A stretch of DNA of 64,000 nucleotides from Octopus vulgaris (GCA_951406725.2 OX597828.1:28954001-29018000); one strand, 5' to 3'. Numbered from the stretch's first letter, positions 1-40,168 are shown. Notes: generated by a model not told the origin, from the sequence alone. Translations and numbers: made by a program.

Positions 1-149
1 TTAACATATCTTCAAAATTTGGCAGAAAACCAACAATTTTCGGGTGTGCTCAACTGGTGTTTATTTTATCCATCTTGAAAAGATGACAGGCTAAGTCGAT
101 CTCGTCGGTATTTGAACTCAGGCCGTAAAGACTCGGCAAAAAATGCCAC

Positions 150-160
150 TGTGTATATAT

Positions 161-193
<33 letters not shown>

Positions 194-209
194 TTGTGTG
201 TGTGTGTGT

Positions 210-245
<36 letters not shown>

Positions 246-1099
246 TGTGTATGTGTGTGTGAGTGTCTGTGTGTGTGCGTGCATATGTGTGTGTGCGTGT
301 GTCTCTGAGTGTGTGCGTGCGTGTGTGTGTGTGTGTGTGCGTGTGTGTGTGCGTATGTGTATGCATGTGTGTGTGTATATATGTGTGTGTGTGTGTGCAT
401 ATATATATATGTACATATATATATGTATACATAAACACGTGCGTGTGTGTGCGCGCGCGCGTGCGTGTGCATATGTGCCTGTGTGTGTTTACATATCTAT
501 ATATAATTTATATATTTACATATTTATTAGGTGTCCGCTTATATCCTCCACTCTTGACAAACGTTGAAATCTTAACTAAATAGCAGAATTCTTCGCTACT
601 CGTAGATGAAACATATTGCCTTTCAGGCCATCCATACTTAGTCTGAAGTTTCATTTCATTCTGGATCCCTGTTTCCTGTCACGGAGAATATGGAATGCCA
701 GAGACAAACGTCCTGTGTTATTTTCTCATTAAATCAGTAAAGCTAGGGAAATACAGCCTCGGGGGCAGGCCACAACTTGCAGAGTTTTATTTGGCTAAGG
801 AAGATAAGAAACACGGATCAGTCACGCGTTATAGAAATTTTAGAGAATGGACCAGGATGTTATTAACACGAGGAATAATATTGACGTTGCTTATTTCTTG
901 TTTATCGATGCTTACTGCAATCGTTGTTATTGTTGCCGCTTTTAATGAAACACACTGACAACTTCGGTTACAACGTCTACCTACAAAACCACACACTTCA
1001 GTTCGCGCCATCTTTCTTCGATGCATTTCGCGTGCGCGTGCGCACAAACACACACTTATATACACACACACATAAATACATGACTCCCTCCTTGGTTAA

Positions 1100-1132
<33 letters not shown>

Positions 1133-1168
1133 CCCTTTGATATACATACATGCATATATATACATATA

Positions 1169-1211
<43 letters not shown>

Positions 1212-1303
1212 TATATATATAAATATATATATTCACATATGCATAATATATATATCTATCTATCTACGCATATATATACATATATATATAAATATATATA
1301 ACT

Positions 1304-1339
<36 letters not shown>

Positions 1340-1439
1340 GTGTATATGTATATGCGTATATATATTTCATATATGTATATATATATATATGTGTGTGTAT
1401 GTATGTATATATACATATATATATATGCGTATATATATG

Positions 1440-1483
<44 letters not shown>

Positions 1484-1857
1484 TCACGCATATATATATG
1501 TGTGTGTATATATATGTATGTATGCTGGTATATATACCTGCATAAGTATATAATCTTTCTGTCTTTGTCTGTCTGTCTGTCTGTCTGTCTCTCTGTCTCT
1601 GTGTATGTAAGTACGTATGTATCTATACACAAACACGCGCACCTTCACACACTCACACACACACACACACACACACTCACACACACACACACAAACCGAC
1701 GCATACACACAGATACATGTACGTATGCGTGCGTGTATGTAGATATCTGTATATATATAATCCGCTCTTCCTCAGTTAGTATATTTATCTAACCTATTTA
1801 TGTGCCTCTGTGTGTGTGTGCGCGCACGCGTGTGTGTGTGTGTGTGTGCGCGCGCGC

Positions 1858-1888
<31 letters not shown>

Positions 1889-2653
1889 TTTGTTGGTGTA
1901 TGTGACGGCGTGTGAACGTTTTGTGCGTGCATGAATGTGTTTGTGTAGGCGTCGTTTCATCGATCCCTCTCGTCTTTGTTATCTGCTTTTAGTGAGACAT
2001 CAGCATCAAGTGGTCAGTGTTCTTGTGCAAAGACGGTATTATATTTCCATTCGGGTGATACGGCACATAGGGCAGCAGCTACTAGTGTTTAGTTCTCCGT
2101 TTTTCAATGTAGGTGTGTGCGTATGTGTGTGTGTGTATGTGTGTGTGTGTGTGTGTGTATGTATGTGTGTGTGTGTGTGTTTGTGTTTTATGGTCAACAT
2201 GCAAACTATAGATTATACACCTCATCACGCACATACATATATAAGTATGAAGATATGTATGGACACACACATACACACACACGTACAGGAATATACATAC
2301 ATACATACATACATACATACATACATGCATACATACATACATACATACATACATACATACATACATACATGCATGCATACATACATATATATATACATAC
2401 ATACATACATACATACATACACACATATATATATATACATGCATACATACATACATACATACATACATACATACATACATACATGCATACATACATACAT
2501 ATATATATATACATACATGCATACATACATACATATATATATACATACATACATACATACATACATGCATACATACATACATACATACATGCATACATAC
2601 ATACATAAATACATACATACATGCATACATACATACATACATACATACATACA

Positions 2654-2687
<34 letters not shown>

Positions 2688-3440
2688 CATATATATACAT
2701 GCATACTAGGTTGGTGCATAATTATCGCGTTTTTTTTTTTTCAACAAATTTTATTCAACAAAAAGAATAACAATATTTAACAAAAACTTGTTTAAATGAC
2801 GGTCTGGCCGTCTGCCAAGCAAATGGGAAGCAGTAATTGAAGTAGATGGTGAATATGCTCCGGAATAATCGTTTAAAGATGTTTTTGTTACATGTTGCTA
2901 TTGTTTTTGTTGAATAAAATTTGTTGAAAAAAAAGCCTCACCTCAAACCAATATATATACAGTTATATACAAACACACAAACACACAAACACACACACAC
3001 ACACATGCCTTGTCCTTGCTTTCGTAACGTGGAGTTGTTGAAACAGGAACAACTGAAGAAGGGGAATATTCTTTATGTTGTATGTCTCGTTTCGCTGTTT
3101 CATTTTTTTCGTTGTTCGAAAAACGTTCGTTTCTATGTTTTTGCTTTTATGTTTTCGTTTCTCATCGTGTTCAACGTTTTTTTTTAGGTCCTGTACCCAT
3201 ATATGCATGTATATATACATATATATGTAGGTATGTACATATATGTATGTATGCATATATTTATAGATTATTTATATTATATATATATATATATATATAT
3301 GTGCGTGTGTATATACATACATATCTTCATATACATACATACATACATGCATGCATGCATACATACATACATACATACATACATACATACATACATACAT
3401 ACATACATACATACATACATACATACATACATACATACAT
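150..3440. repeat. Compound microsatellite field: (GT)n, (TA)n, (CATA)n
   Basis: Directly visible; source of the many H/T/Y/I/C/V-repeat ORFs. Confidence 0.95.
2706..2950 (+). mobile_element. Internally deleted mariner-type element (MITE)
   Basis: Starts TAGGTTGGTGCATAATT; inverted subterminal caacaaattttattcaacaaaaa / tttttgttgaataaaatttgttg; the interior encodes LPSKWEAVIEVDGEYAPE*, resembling a mariner transposase C-terminus. Confidence 0.7.
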
Positions 3441-3979
3441 AAGGAATCTACAGCTATTCTATCCACGTTACAAGTTCAAATTTATATCTTTAATAATCGT
3501 GCTACGAGGATATATAGCACACTGCCTAAAACCCAATGTTTAGAAAATTAGGCTTATCAAAACCAGAAAGGGGAAAGCTGATTCGAAGACTATAGATCCA
3601 AACCATCCCTGGAACTGTTAAAATATGTAAAACTTTCCAGAAGTTTATAATTTAAGTATATATGAGTATGTCTAGATATACAACTATATGCATGAGGATA
3701 CATACATAAAACGAAACATCCATATCTACACATATACATACATACAAAAATACCCTGCTGATGTTGTCGAAATTCTAATGAAGGATTTTAGGATCTAGGT
3801 TAGAAACCGGCTCTTTCTCTCTTTGTAAGAATTCTAGAAATAAAACTGAATAATAACATATGTGTGTGTGTGTGTGTGTATTCAAACAACACCTCAACGT
3901 CCATATGTTTGCAGACGAAACAGAGGTCATATATAAATTAAACGAAATAACTTACCCTAAACATCTGACAAATAATATT

Positions 3980-4192
3980 CTTTTCTACTCTAGGTACAAG
4001 GCCTGAAATTCTTGGGGATGGAGCCAGTCGATTAGATCGACTCCAGTACGCAACTGGTACTTAATTTATCGACCCCGAAGGGATAAAAGGCAAAGTTTAC
4101 CTTGGCGGAATTTGAAATCAAAACTTAAAGACAGACGAAATACCGCTAAGCATTTCACCCGGTGTGCTAACATTTCTGCCAGTTCGCCGCCT
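3980..4192 (-). mobile_element. tRNA-derived SINE, local family 1, with target-site duplication
   Basis: A-box-like head (ggcggcgaactggcagaa) and core ctttgccttttatcccttcggggtcgataaattaagtaccag; flanked on both sides by atctgacaaataatatt. Confidence 0.8.
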
Positions 4193-4419
4193 TAAATCTG
4201 ACAAATAATATTGCCAAAATATACGGCAAAACTGACTCCACATCTTGTAATGCTATAAACATAGAAACAGAAAAACTAGTCTTCTAGTTAACGTAAGAAT
4301 AACGCGTAGAGCGCCACACCATGCACAAAACATACATCACACTTAAAGATCATAAGACCTTCTTCGACACTCATCCGAAATACACGTTAATCAACTGGTT
4401 ATTGGGTTTCGCTCTATAT

Positions 4420-5290
4420 TCTTCTATTCTTTTTAACCAAATCCAGTGGCTAGCCTTTTCCACTGTCCCATGGATATCATTCATGATGATATTTGCTTTA
4501 CGATGACAACAACGGTAGCCTCACACTGTGTCCAATGAATCCTTTACACCCTACTTCGATTGGAAAATGTTCTGCTTTCCGGCCTGTGTCTTCACAGTCA
4601 TCGAAGAGGTTTTTATAACGGTCCATCTTTCGAGCCCGTATTGCGACGTCTATGTTATACTCAAGAGGAACCGTTTTCTCGACTAGATATACTACCTTCC
4701 TTCTGCCATACCATATGATAATATCCAGTTTCTTCGCAACTGGAATGGTATAGGCTCCTTCGCACCCTGGCAAATCTGCAGCCACCTTCCAATGGCCATC
4801 CCACTTTTCACCGCTCACAGGAAGTGTCTTCTTCAAACGGATCTGCTGTCCTGAACGCACGAAGGTAATGAAATTTCTGGCTGGTTTCTTCAGTGGGTTT
4901 GTGCCACTGTTATTGAAAGAAATTTGGTTCTTTATAGCATTGAAAAGACCTTAAGGGCCAGATTGTGTCTCCATGTATATCTATTCAATACCAGTGAACA
5001 GCTGGAAATAATATATTCCAGTGTTCCGACTTTTCTGCAACTGCATTTATCATTCTCTGAGACGCTCTGTGTTTCTAGGTTTGTAGCCGATGGCAAGACA
5101 TCGTAGGATGAACGAATCAGAAAACTTAGACATGACGTAGTCCACTTCCATGTTTCATTCCAACTTATATTTCTCCCAACAACGTGTCCCTCCTATTTCG
5201 TCCTCTTGTTGGGAGCATTGAATCAATCGAAGCTCTTTTCTCTGTTTCCCTTGCTTTGATGCTGTTGCTCACAACAAATTGGCATTCGCT
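4420..5290 (-). mobile_element. Degenerate 3' part of a restriction-like-endonuclease non-LTR retrotransposon (HERO/NeSL-like)
   Basis: Translates to LIRSSYDVLPSATNL..KCSC..YIISSC..RYTWRHN (Zn-knuckle region) and LDIIIW..TVPLEYNI..RKMDRYKNL..PIEVGCKGFIG (RLE domain). Confidence 0.75.
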
Positions 5291-5384
5291 CCGGTCACCA
5301 ATATATAACTCCTGCTTCTAATAAGTAATTCACGGCACTAATATCTCAGCTTCTTTGGATTCTAAGTAAAATAAACAAGGATTC

Positions 5385-5960
<576 letters not shown>

Positions 5961-6699
5961 ATACAGAATCCCTCATCTCTAAAATATAGAACAGTATACA
6001 AGGATTCCAGTTCTTATAATCAACCGAATTACGTCTTCATTGCATTATAGTTGTAAACGATTGGCTATTTGATAGATAATCATAGCCTTAATGCCAGACA
6101 GAACCTACATAACGCCATGTGCTAAAATTCTGATCCAGTTTAATTACAGATACTTATAAATACAACAAACTGCTCGTTTCCGACCAATTTTATTCTCAAA
6201 GTTTGTCAGTCCAAGATTTTAGTAGAAAACGTTTGTCTAAGATTTCTTGTAGAGGGATCGAACCCGAGACCCTATTTTTGCAAAACAAACTCCTTAACAA
6301 TTTTCCATTCGTCAGTTATATATTTAAATGGATCTCCCCGCTCTATTTCGACGGTTTCTTCGACCATTTGATCTGCTTCTTCACCAATCGTAGAAGAGCT
6401 CGAGGGTTCTCAGCTCGGGGTAGGTTTTGAGTTTGCCGCCCCACGCCGCCCCTTACAGGATTATACAAACTGCTGCCCCAACAAAAGTGTAACCTAGGGC
6501 AGACCACCATCTTCATACCTTCTATGTTACTGCCATTCATTGCATTAATCTACATGTGGATGAGTATTTCAAAGCCTCATGTCTTCCTGTAAAATAATCC
6601 TAAGGTAAAAATCTACGTTACAGTCTATGGGATAAGGCTACCAAGGCCGACCTTTCTGAAATACAGGTACAACCCATTTTTTTCTTTTTTTTTTTTGTT

Positions 6700-7075
6700 T
6701 CAGTCATTAAATTGCGGCCAAACTGGGGCATCGGCTTGAAAGGTTTTTGTCCAACAAATCGGCCCAGTAAATTTTTAAAAATGTCTGGTACTCCTACTAT
6801 CGGAATCATTTCGAGGAACCGCTTAGTTACGGGGACGTAAACAAACCAGCACTGGTTGTCAAGCGGTCGTGAGCAACAAACATAGGAACAAACACAAACA
6901 CACAGTCACACACATTTCATGGGCTTCTTTCAGTTTCCATCAGCAAAATTCGCTCATAAGGCTTTGTCAGCTCGGGGCTCTAGAAGAAGACACTTGCCCG
7001 AGGTGCCACGCAGAGGGACTGAACCTAGAACCATTTGCTTGGAGAGCAAACTTCCTACCACACAGCCACGCCTGC
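6700..7075 (-). mobile_element. SINE, local family 2 (CORE-like)
   Basis: Reverse complement matches the copy at 52546-52960 (ggcacctcgggcaagtgtcttct...gatggaaactgaaagaagccc). Confidence 0.75.
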
Positions 7076-7199
7076 GTTGACCTGATTTCTTTAATATGAC
7101 TCTTTCCCTAGATGTTAAGCAATGGTATCGAACTCGTAGCGCATCATTTCGAAACAGACTTCTTAACTAATCAGCCGTGCCGCAATCCATGCTACAAAT

Positions 7200-7798
7200 A
7201 TACTCACGCCCACACAAAGATATTCACATAGACATCCACATACATGTACATACATACACACGTAGATACATGCAAACATACGTACATACATACACACACA
7301 CACACATAATACATACATACATACACACGCACATACGTACCCACGCACATACATACACACACACATACATACAAACGCACATACATACACACACATACAT
7401 ACAAACGCACATACATACACACACATACATACAAACGCACATACATACACACACATACAATAGCACATACATACATACATACAATCATATATACATGCAT
7501 ACATTCATGCATACATATACGCATACATACACACTTACATACATTACACACGCACATACATATATACCTACATGCATACATACACACACATATACATACA
7601 TACATACATACATACATACATACATACATACATACATACATACATACTCATACATACATACATACATACATACATACATACATACATACATACTCGTACA
7701 TACATATATACATGCATGCATACATACATACATACATATATTGAAACATATACATACACACGGGCACATACGCATATTTGTTTATACACGCGTCTATC

Positions 7799-7878
<80 letters not shown>

Positions 7879-7902
7879 ACTATCTATCTATCTATCTAAC
7901 TC

Positions 7903-7958
<56 letters not shown>

Positions 7959-8013
7959 ACTCTCTATCTATCTATCTATCTATCAATCTATCTATCTATC
8001 TATCTATCTATCA

Positions 8014-8060
<47 letters not shown>

Positions 8061-8061
8061 A

Positions 8062-8108
<47 letters not shown>

Positions 8109-8109
8109 A

Positions 8110-8200
<91 letters not shown>

Positions 8201-8300
8201 CGTCCATCCGTCTGTCTGTCTGTCCATCCGTCTGTCTGTCTGTCTGTCCGTCCGTCCGTTCGTCTGTCTGTCTGTCTCTCTGTCTGTCCACCGGTCCATC
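7200..8300. repeat. (CATA)n, (TATC)n and (TGTC)n microsatellite field
   Basis: Directly visible. Confidence 0.95.
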
Positions 8301-9806
8301 TCTCTTCCTACCTACCTGGTTAACCATCTACTTGTAGCTACGTGTGTGTGCGTGTGTGTGTGTATGCGCGCGCGTATGTGTGAGTATATTCAAACGAACA
8401 TCATTAAAACAAGGCTGACTCATGAGAACAAGAATGTGTTTGTGTGTGTGTGTGAATATTAGTCATCTACTTTTAAGTTCATTGACTCCATCATGCTACG
8501 ACTAGATGTGATTTTATCAACTACATTTTCTCTAGTATTTCTCCCAGATTATATGGGTCTGTTGTACTTTTAAAATAACGACTTGTCATAAATAACGTCA
8601 TTCGTTTTACGCTGAAAAATCTCAGATTGAACAAATGCTAATGGTGGAAGAAAGACAACTCTTTTACAGAGTTACCTCCCTTACAAGTCGTCTGCCTCGA
8701 GTTTAACTTCATTTAAATACGTCGGGTTTAGTGTTTCTGAAAAAAGGAATTAATTATTGATTTCTGTAGTTTTATATTTCGAGTTCAAATCCTACTCGAG
8801 TATGATTTTTATATATTTTTTTTCCTGTGAATTATTTTGATAAAAGTTCCAGAGTGTTCAAGGTTTTTTTCGGACTTGCTGGGATACTTCTTGGTGCTGT
8901 TTTTTAGGCCTGGTTTTATTCTGCTGAGTTACAGGGACGTAAACAAACCAATGCCGGTTGTAAAGTGGTGAGGCTGAACAAACACAGACACAACAGACAG
9001 GGACAAACAAAGATACATACATATTTCTCTATATTTATGCTTGTGTGAACGTTAGCACGCCGTTTTTACGTTTTTACGTTTTGAGTTCAAATTCTGCAGT
9101 GACCTTTCGAGACCGATTAAATAAGTACCAGTTACGCACTGGGGTCGATGTAATCGACTTAATCCTTCCCTGAACTTGCTGGCCTGGTGCCAAAATTTGA
9201 AACCACATAGCACTCAATACCGATCATTTTTTCATTCGAAACGGATGGTCGAGTCTCACTTCTGGAATATTCGAGATTCTTCTCTTGTAGTTCTTTTGTT
9301 AACTGAACAATTGCAGACAACCGAGACACTCGGAATATTGGCGAAGAATGATTCAATATATTGGAATAGAAAACGACGTTGTGGTCACGGATGGAACGTT
9401 TTTGACCATAAGTTTGTTAATCGGAGCTGCAATAGAACTAAACTGTACAAACTGTTCAGCTTTTGGTCGTTATTTTCTGTATAACTTCTCTTTTTATGGT
9501 TAGTGATTAGTGGCAGATGTTCGTTGCTGTATTTTACTCTCAAGCGTACCCTCACTGGAATGTTAAAGATCGGAGGCCTTCCCGACATGACCATCATGTC
9601 TTCATTTCAGATATACTCCATTGGATCCCAAGAGGTTAGAGTGTTACACTCCCGATCGCAAGATCGTCATTTCGATTCCTGGACTGGACGTAGTGTTTTT
9701 TCTTGAGCATAAAACTTTACTTCATATTGTTCCAATCTTCTCAGCTAGAAGTGGCATTCCATTCTGTGGAAACATTGTGATCACAGTCACTTCTACGTCT
9801 TGGGGG

Positions 9807-10362
9807 CCGGGTAGCGAAATTTCTTTCTCACGACAATTCCAGACCTCCGTTATGAACTCATTTGCATACAGCCAATCAGAGCTCAACTTTCAAACTAATT
9901 TATGAGCGCATAACAAGTGATGGACGATAAGATAAGGTCACTTGGGTAAGGAATGACCATGCTTCTTTTCTCTTTTAAGAATGCTTGTTGTTCTTGTTCT
10001 TGTTTCAACCATGGCTGCCCCTGCGTAGTTATTTGTGTTGTTGTTTACTTTGTAAAACAGTAATGGGAGAGGGTTGCTAGCACATCACCCTCTACCCACA
10101 TTTTTCCCATTCACATATGGGACCCTAACAATATCCGATAATAGATACAGATGCAAATCTATCTAATTATTTGTCTCCTTCTAAAATCAGGCATAACTAG
10201 GCGATCGATCGTCTTACACCACTGTTCTTCGTCTTGAGTTTATTTGGTAGAGTGTGTTTGTTAACTTGACAACAATGTCAAGGTGAGCTCTGATTGGCTG
10301 TATGCTAATGAGTTCATTACTAGGGTCCGGAACTTTCGTGCGGCAAAAAATTTTGCAACCGG
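9807..10362. mobile_element. Putative MITE with about 83-bp imperfect terminal inverted repeats
   Basis: 9807-9890 is the reverse complement of 10281-10362 (..atgaactcatt[t/a]gcatacagccaatcagagctca..). Confidence 0.55.
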
Positions 10363-10959
10363 GTAACCGGTTCCTATGAGTCCTAAGACTCGAGAGACAG
10401 TATTTACTTTGTGAGATGGTAACTTGTCAACGATATTTACGGGCGTGGGGTGAGTGAGTAGTTACAGATTCATCAACCTTTATTATGTATTTACTTGACG
10501 AAGAATTTCAGTTTAGTCAAACCTCTATTCGAGGGCGTCTCTCATGAAGGATTTCACATCTAGTATTTTCAGCAAGTGCCCAGACAGGGGTCTGCACAAG
10601 ACAGTTACAGCAAAATAGAATCCAACATCAAATAGGTAAACTAGCAAGGACTCAATTCTCATCCATACATAATCAGAACAGTTATTGCTTCAGTTAGGTT
10701 CTTCTGTTATTTGTAGTCATGGACAATACAATTTAGTCTGATTAATATTACACCACCATTCAATTAATAAAGAGAATTAATTCCCATGCCATCCACTTGG
10801 CAAATATTCCTCACACTCTTCTGTTATACTATTTCGGTTCCACTTCGTTGCAATCTAGCCAAAGTGCCCGGTGAAGCAAAGGTATTTCTTTTTATTAACA
10901 AATAGTATTGCAGAGATTTCGGTATGAATTACAAACCATTAAGTGAGTTCTGAGACTCA

Positions 10960-11160
10960 TAAGGCTGGAGTTTAACCACTCAATTCCATGACGATAAATG
11001 GGACGCCGGACCGTCGTAGGGTTAACTTTCTGCAATTCATTTACAGCTGAGTGGACGGGGGAAACGTGAAAAGAAATGCCTTGCTCAAGAACACAACTCA
11101 TCGCCCAGCCTGGGAATCGAAACTACAATTGTGGATGTGACACTCTAACCACTGGGCCAT
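10960..11160 (-). mobile_element. Diverged tRNA-derived SINE
   Basis: Minus strand reads atggcccagtggttagagtg (A box), gtttcgattccca (B box), then cttgagcaaggca. Confidence 0.65.
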
Positions 11161-11259
11161 TCACCGTCAAAATATACAAATAAGGAATTCGAACCGGTGT
11201 ACATCGTCATTAAAGTAGGAATTACGGTGAGGTGGGTCTTAGCCCTTACAAAGGCGTGT

Positions 11260-11880
11260 GATTCCATGAACCCTTGAAGTACGAGCATAATGCTGATCCT
11301 GTGAAAAAGTAAGATGTATGAGGGTCACTCAAACATTTTTTCAATAATTGACTTTGAGATTTATTGGTGTTCATTGCCAAACTAGGTCTGTCAGAGAACT
11401 AAGGTCTTTAAAATTCAGATGGCAAACCAGTTGACTTGGGGGGAATTCTGGGAAGGGAACAAATTCTACTTGCAAATTTCCCTGATATCATTGTACCCCT
11501 TAGCGCATGAAGAATAATTTTTTTGATAGAAAGTCTCTTGTTAATGCAAAGGTTTCGGGGATCTGCATCACGAAGTAGCATAATAATGGCTCCAAGGTTA
11601 ACTATCACATTGTACGACGTGAGAATGAGGATCCCAACTAATTCTCTTGGGTAAGTTACCACTTGCTCCAGCGAAATGTCTGCTTCTCTTAATTTGTAAC
11701 ATCTTCTCATTCCTGTGTCACATCCAAGAGATTTGTTTTGATTTTTCTCTCGGCGATATTTCTCGATGCAAAGATTGCGCGTTGGCCGTTTGTGATTGTT
11801 AGAAAATAGTCTCTCGACAACTTCATTACCACTAACTAAACACATTCGCTTATTGATGTAAAGTCTTTGAACATGGGCTC
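11260..11880 (-). mobile_element. Decayed Helitron (PIF1-family helicase) fragment
   Basis: Translates to LGAIIMLLRDADPRNLCINKRL..MISGKFA..LPRIP..LPSEF*RP*FSDRPSLAMNTNKSQSQ and, after a frameshift, FSQDQHYARTSRV. These match Helitron helicase motifs (..AMTINKSQGQ..FSHGQLYVAxSRV) with stops. Confidence 0.8.
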
Positions 11881-12136
11881 CAGAGATAAGAAATTATTAG
11901 ACAAACCTTGATCTGATCCCTCGGATCCCTATTATATATATATATATGTTATCTCTCAGATTCTACATTGTCCGATCGAAAGGTTCAACTTCCCTTTTCT
12001 GGCTCATGTTTGTTCTATTTCAAAAGGTCAGTTTTCATCTTCGTATGAGCTGGCTCTTGAGTAAGCCTGGAGATTTTTTCTGTTTTGATGGAGAAAGACT
12101 GATCCTTCGTCAGTGATAGAGACTTACAGATGCATT

Positions 12137-12219
<83 letters not shown>

Positions 12220-12429
12220 GGTGGCGGCGGCGGCTGTGGTGGTGGTGGTGGTGGTGAAAAGGAAAAGGAGGGTGAGCAGAGGGAGGAGGATGAGAAAGAA
12301 GAAGAAGAAGAAGAAGAAGAAGAAGAAGAAGAAGAAGAAGAAGAAGAAGAAGAAGAAGAAGAAGAAGAAGAAGAAGAAGAAGAAGAAGAAGAAGAAGGGA
12401 AGGACGACGGAGAAAATTTACCAAGGTTT

Positions 12430-12488
12430 TTTATTCATATGCAAAGCTATTTTTGTTTTTACAGTTCTACAGTTGAGCATAATTTATT
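12430..12488 (-). terminator. Candidate polyadenylation signals of gene A
   Basis: AATAAA on the minus strand at 12488-12483 and 12435-12430, just downstream of the stop. The hexamer is common in AT-rich DNA. Confidence 0.4.
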
Positions 12489-12501
12489 TATGACGAAATG
12501 T

Positions 12502-37039
<24,538 letters not shown>

Positions 37040-38412
37040 TGAGTACGTTTGGTGTAAGATTTTATATTATTACGTTGAAAAAATCTCTCATGAAACCTCT
37101 TCGTATTCTCCACAACTGCCTCAGATAAAGTTCTGGCTGCGTAGATATCAAGCTAATATCCTTGACCAAAATACTTAGATTTCCAAATAGTTCAAAATCA
37201 ATAGCTCTGTTTAAGCTCAAATAATCTAATTCGTATTTTTATAAAACTTTGCATAAATCCTAAAATTGATGAAATGACACGTTTTTACTCAGTTGATTGT
37301 CTCTTTGCTTCCTACAATTACAAACAGTGTAATGTAATCCATCCGTTGTCGATGTTGTTGTTTAGGTTCGATTTAGTTCTGGTCAAACAGAAATATAATT
37401 TAGAAACATTTTAACCGTGACCATCGGGTTTATTCTTGTTCTTTGAATACAATGTATTTGGGATCTCATCATCAAATCTTTCTTTTTTAAGCCAATAATA
37501 TGTAATTTGAAGGTTTAGCTGTTACATCTAGCAGGTTAAACGACCATGTAGAGGCTACCTCGTTGAGTCGCATATATTCTATCATTTGCATTTAGGCGAA
37601 ATGTTACTTTTTACATTTCTACAATTCCTCTCCATAATTTGTGATTATTGTATGTACTTCAATTTTAGATACAATTTTGATTGATAGTATAATAAAAACG
37701 AAAAAATAGAATATTCTAATATTGTTTAGAAAATAAAAACAGAAATTTTACGGAAGTCTTTTGTTTGTAACAATTTAGTATTTCTGTTTTTCTATGATTT
37801 AGTGTAGTTTGTGTTTAAGTTAGTCTCGAAGTTTGAGATATACGTGAATATGAAGGGTGCGTTTTTTTTTATATTTCGTTGGAAACAAATAAAAAAGAAG
37901 CATGAATAAAAATAGTGATGTATGTTAGAAATTGAATGCAAAAAAAAAAAAACAAGAAAAAGAAAAATTGTGTATTTTTACCGAATCTTTATAATGGATG
38001 CAAAATGTCAGCTTTCCAAACATGAACAAATTGCGTTATCAAATCGTAAAACGAGCGATCGATATCTATCTGGCCAAACAAAGATAAAATATGTTATCGA
38101 AGAATGAGAGATTTACTTCCTTCACAGTTGTCAACATGGTAACGAAGGTGAGGAAGAGAAGAAGAGAGGTAGAAAATGGAAGTGAAAGAGCGATTAGGGG
38201 ATGGTAGGAAGGCAGGTAGTTGGGCATCTAAAACTAACATTCTTATCAAACCTTCGTTCTGGAGATAGATGAATGTTTAGGCGGGAAACTAGGTGTGAAA
38301 TTGCTGCAGGAAATTGTGGTGATTTGTTACTGAAAGTAGACGTCGGCGTAATTGCAGATTGGTTGCTTGGTTCATGTCTGTTTTGATCTCTCGGCATTGA
38401 TATATATATATA

Positions 38413-38552
<140 letters not shown>

Positions 38553-38668
38553 TATATTTATATATATATATACCTTTATATTCACTCATATATATATATA
38601 TGTAATATATATGTGTGTGTGTATGTATATATATATATAACTCTTTACTATCAAACATGTATACTTAC

Positions 38669-38712
<44 letters not shown>

Positions 38713-40121
38713 ATGCATGTAAGTGTATGCGTATGTATGATAGTAAAGATATATATATACACACACACACACAGACACACACACACACACACATATGCAC
38801 GTTTGTTTATTACTTTCTTTAATCGATATCTTTTCAATTAATTTTATCTGTATTCAAACCATCACTAGTGAAGATATACATCAACCTTTTCTTCTCCGAA
38901 GCCAAAGTCGAGCATTTATTTTCTTCCGCTTTTCTGTTACCAATTTTAGGTCATTAGAGTACATACGTTCAAAAGATTCTGGAATATTTCACTGCAATTT
39001 CGGTGGGGTGGGGGTGGGGGAATTAGGGAGGGGTAAAAATTTAACCTGTTCACAGGACCTTCAAAGTTCCAATTTTACAAGCATTTGTATTTAGCTGATG
39101 CGATGCTAACATACATAGCGGTGCCCCAGCATGGCCACAGCTCGTGAGCTGAAACTAGATAAAATAAAAAAATTTAAAAAAAATTCAGTAGGAGCCGAGT
39201 ACAACATTGGAGCTTTCATGCAAGAAACAGCAGTCGAGTTGCCCTCAAATCACTCATTCAGCTATCTTAAAACGGAAATAACACACTATGTATCGTTTTC
39301 CTAGAATGAAGAATGTGCTAGCTTGCTAGAGAGTAACTTGGGGCTCAGCCAAAAACAAAGAACTGAGACGCTATAAGATTATCTCCCTTTAGGGGCTATC
39401 AAAATATTTCATGCAAGTTACACACTTAGAACCATAAAAACTGTCAAATTATTAGGTTGCTTCATTTTATTTTATTTTAATAAAAAATTTCATTATAAAC
39501 CATTTTATATTCTAGAATGCAGTCTTTATTTTAAGTAGGTTTACAAAAGTCATGAGAAGCATTTTAAGGACCACCAAATAAAAATTTACTTTGGATTCCA
39601 TTATGCAACACTGCAGTAAGGCATACATATTTCAAATTGAGGAATTAATATTTTCTTATAATTGATTTAAGATTTAAATTGTTATATAACAAATTACTGA
39701 CTTGTTTAGTTTCATGAAGTCCATCGGACACCGCCCAGGCCTTGGTGTGAACACTTTGAAGCACTTTGAATCCGTTTGAAGCACGCTGTGCATACCTTTC
39801 TCGAAGCCTCTTTTGCTCTCCATAAACCAAGCCTCAGCCACAATGCATTTCTAAAAGGACGATTTTCAGGTTTGTATTTATAAAACCTAGAAACTTTACC
39901 AGATCGGACTGGAGCCTGGTACAGCCTTCTGGCTTGCCAGCCCTCAGTCAAACCGGCCAACCCATGCCAGCATATAAAGCGGACGTTAAACGACGACGAC
40001 GATGACGACGATGATGATGATGAAAGAGGAGATAATACTGTCCTCATTAAATAACGTAGAGCTAGATACTGCCGAAAAGACAGGATAGCCATTATTGGAA
40101 TGCCATTGACCATACTTTTAC

Positions 40122-40168
<47 letters not shown>

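Noticed and set aside
50-3551. Numerous ORFs rich in HT, YI, CV and MYVC repeats (also 7163-8462, 22677-23270, 31725-32474, 38194-38837, 42337-43242, 47414-48927, 55154-55769)
   Set aside because: Translations of di- and tetranucleotide microsatellites that lack stop codons; not genes.
39660-39870. Possible Tc1 transposase C-terminal remnant
   Set aside because: Only faint resemblance (..RKVC..KAW..) across frameshifts; not supportable by eye.
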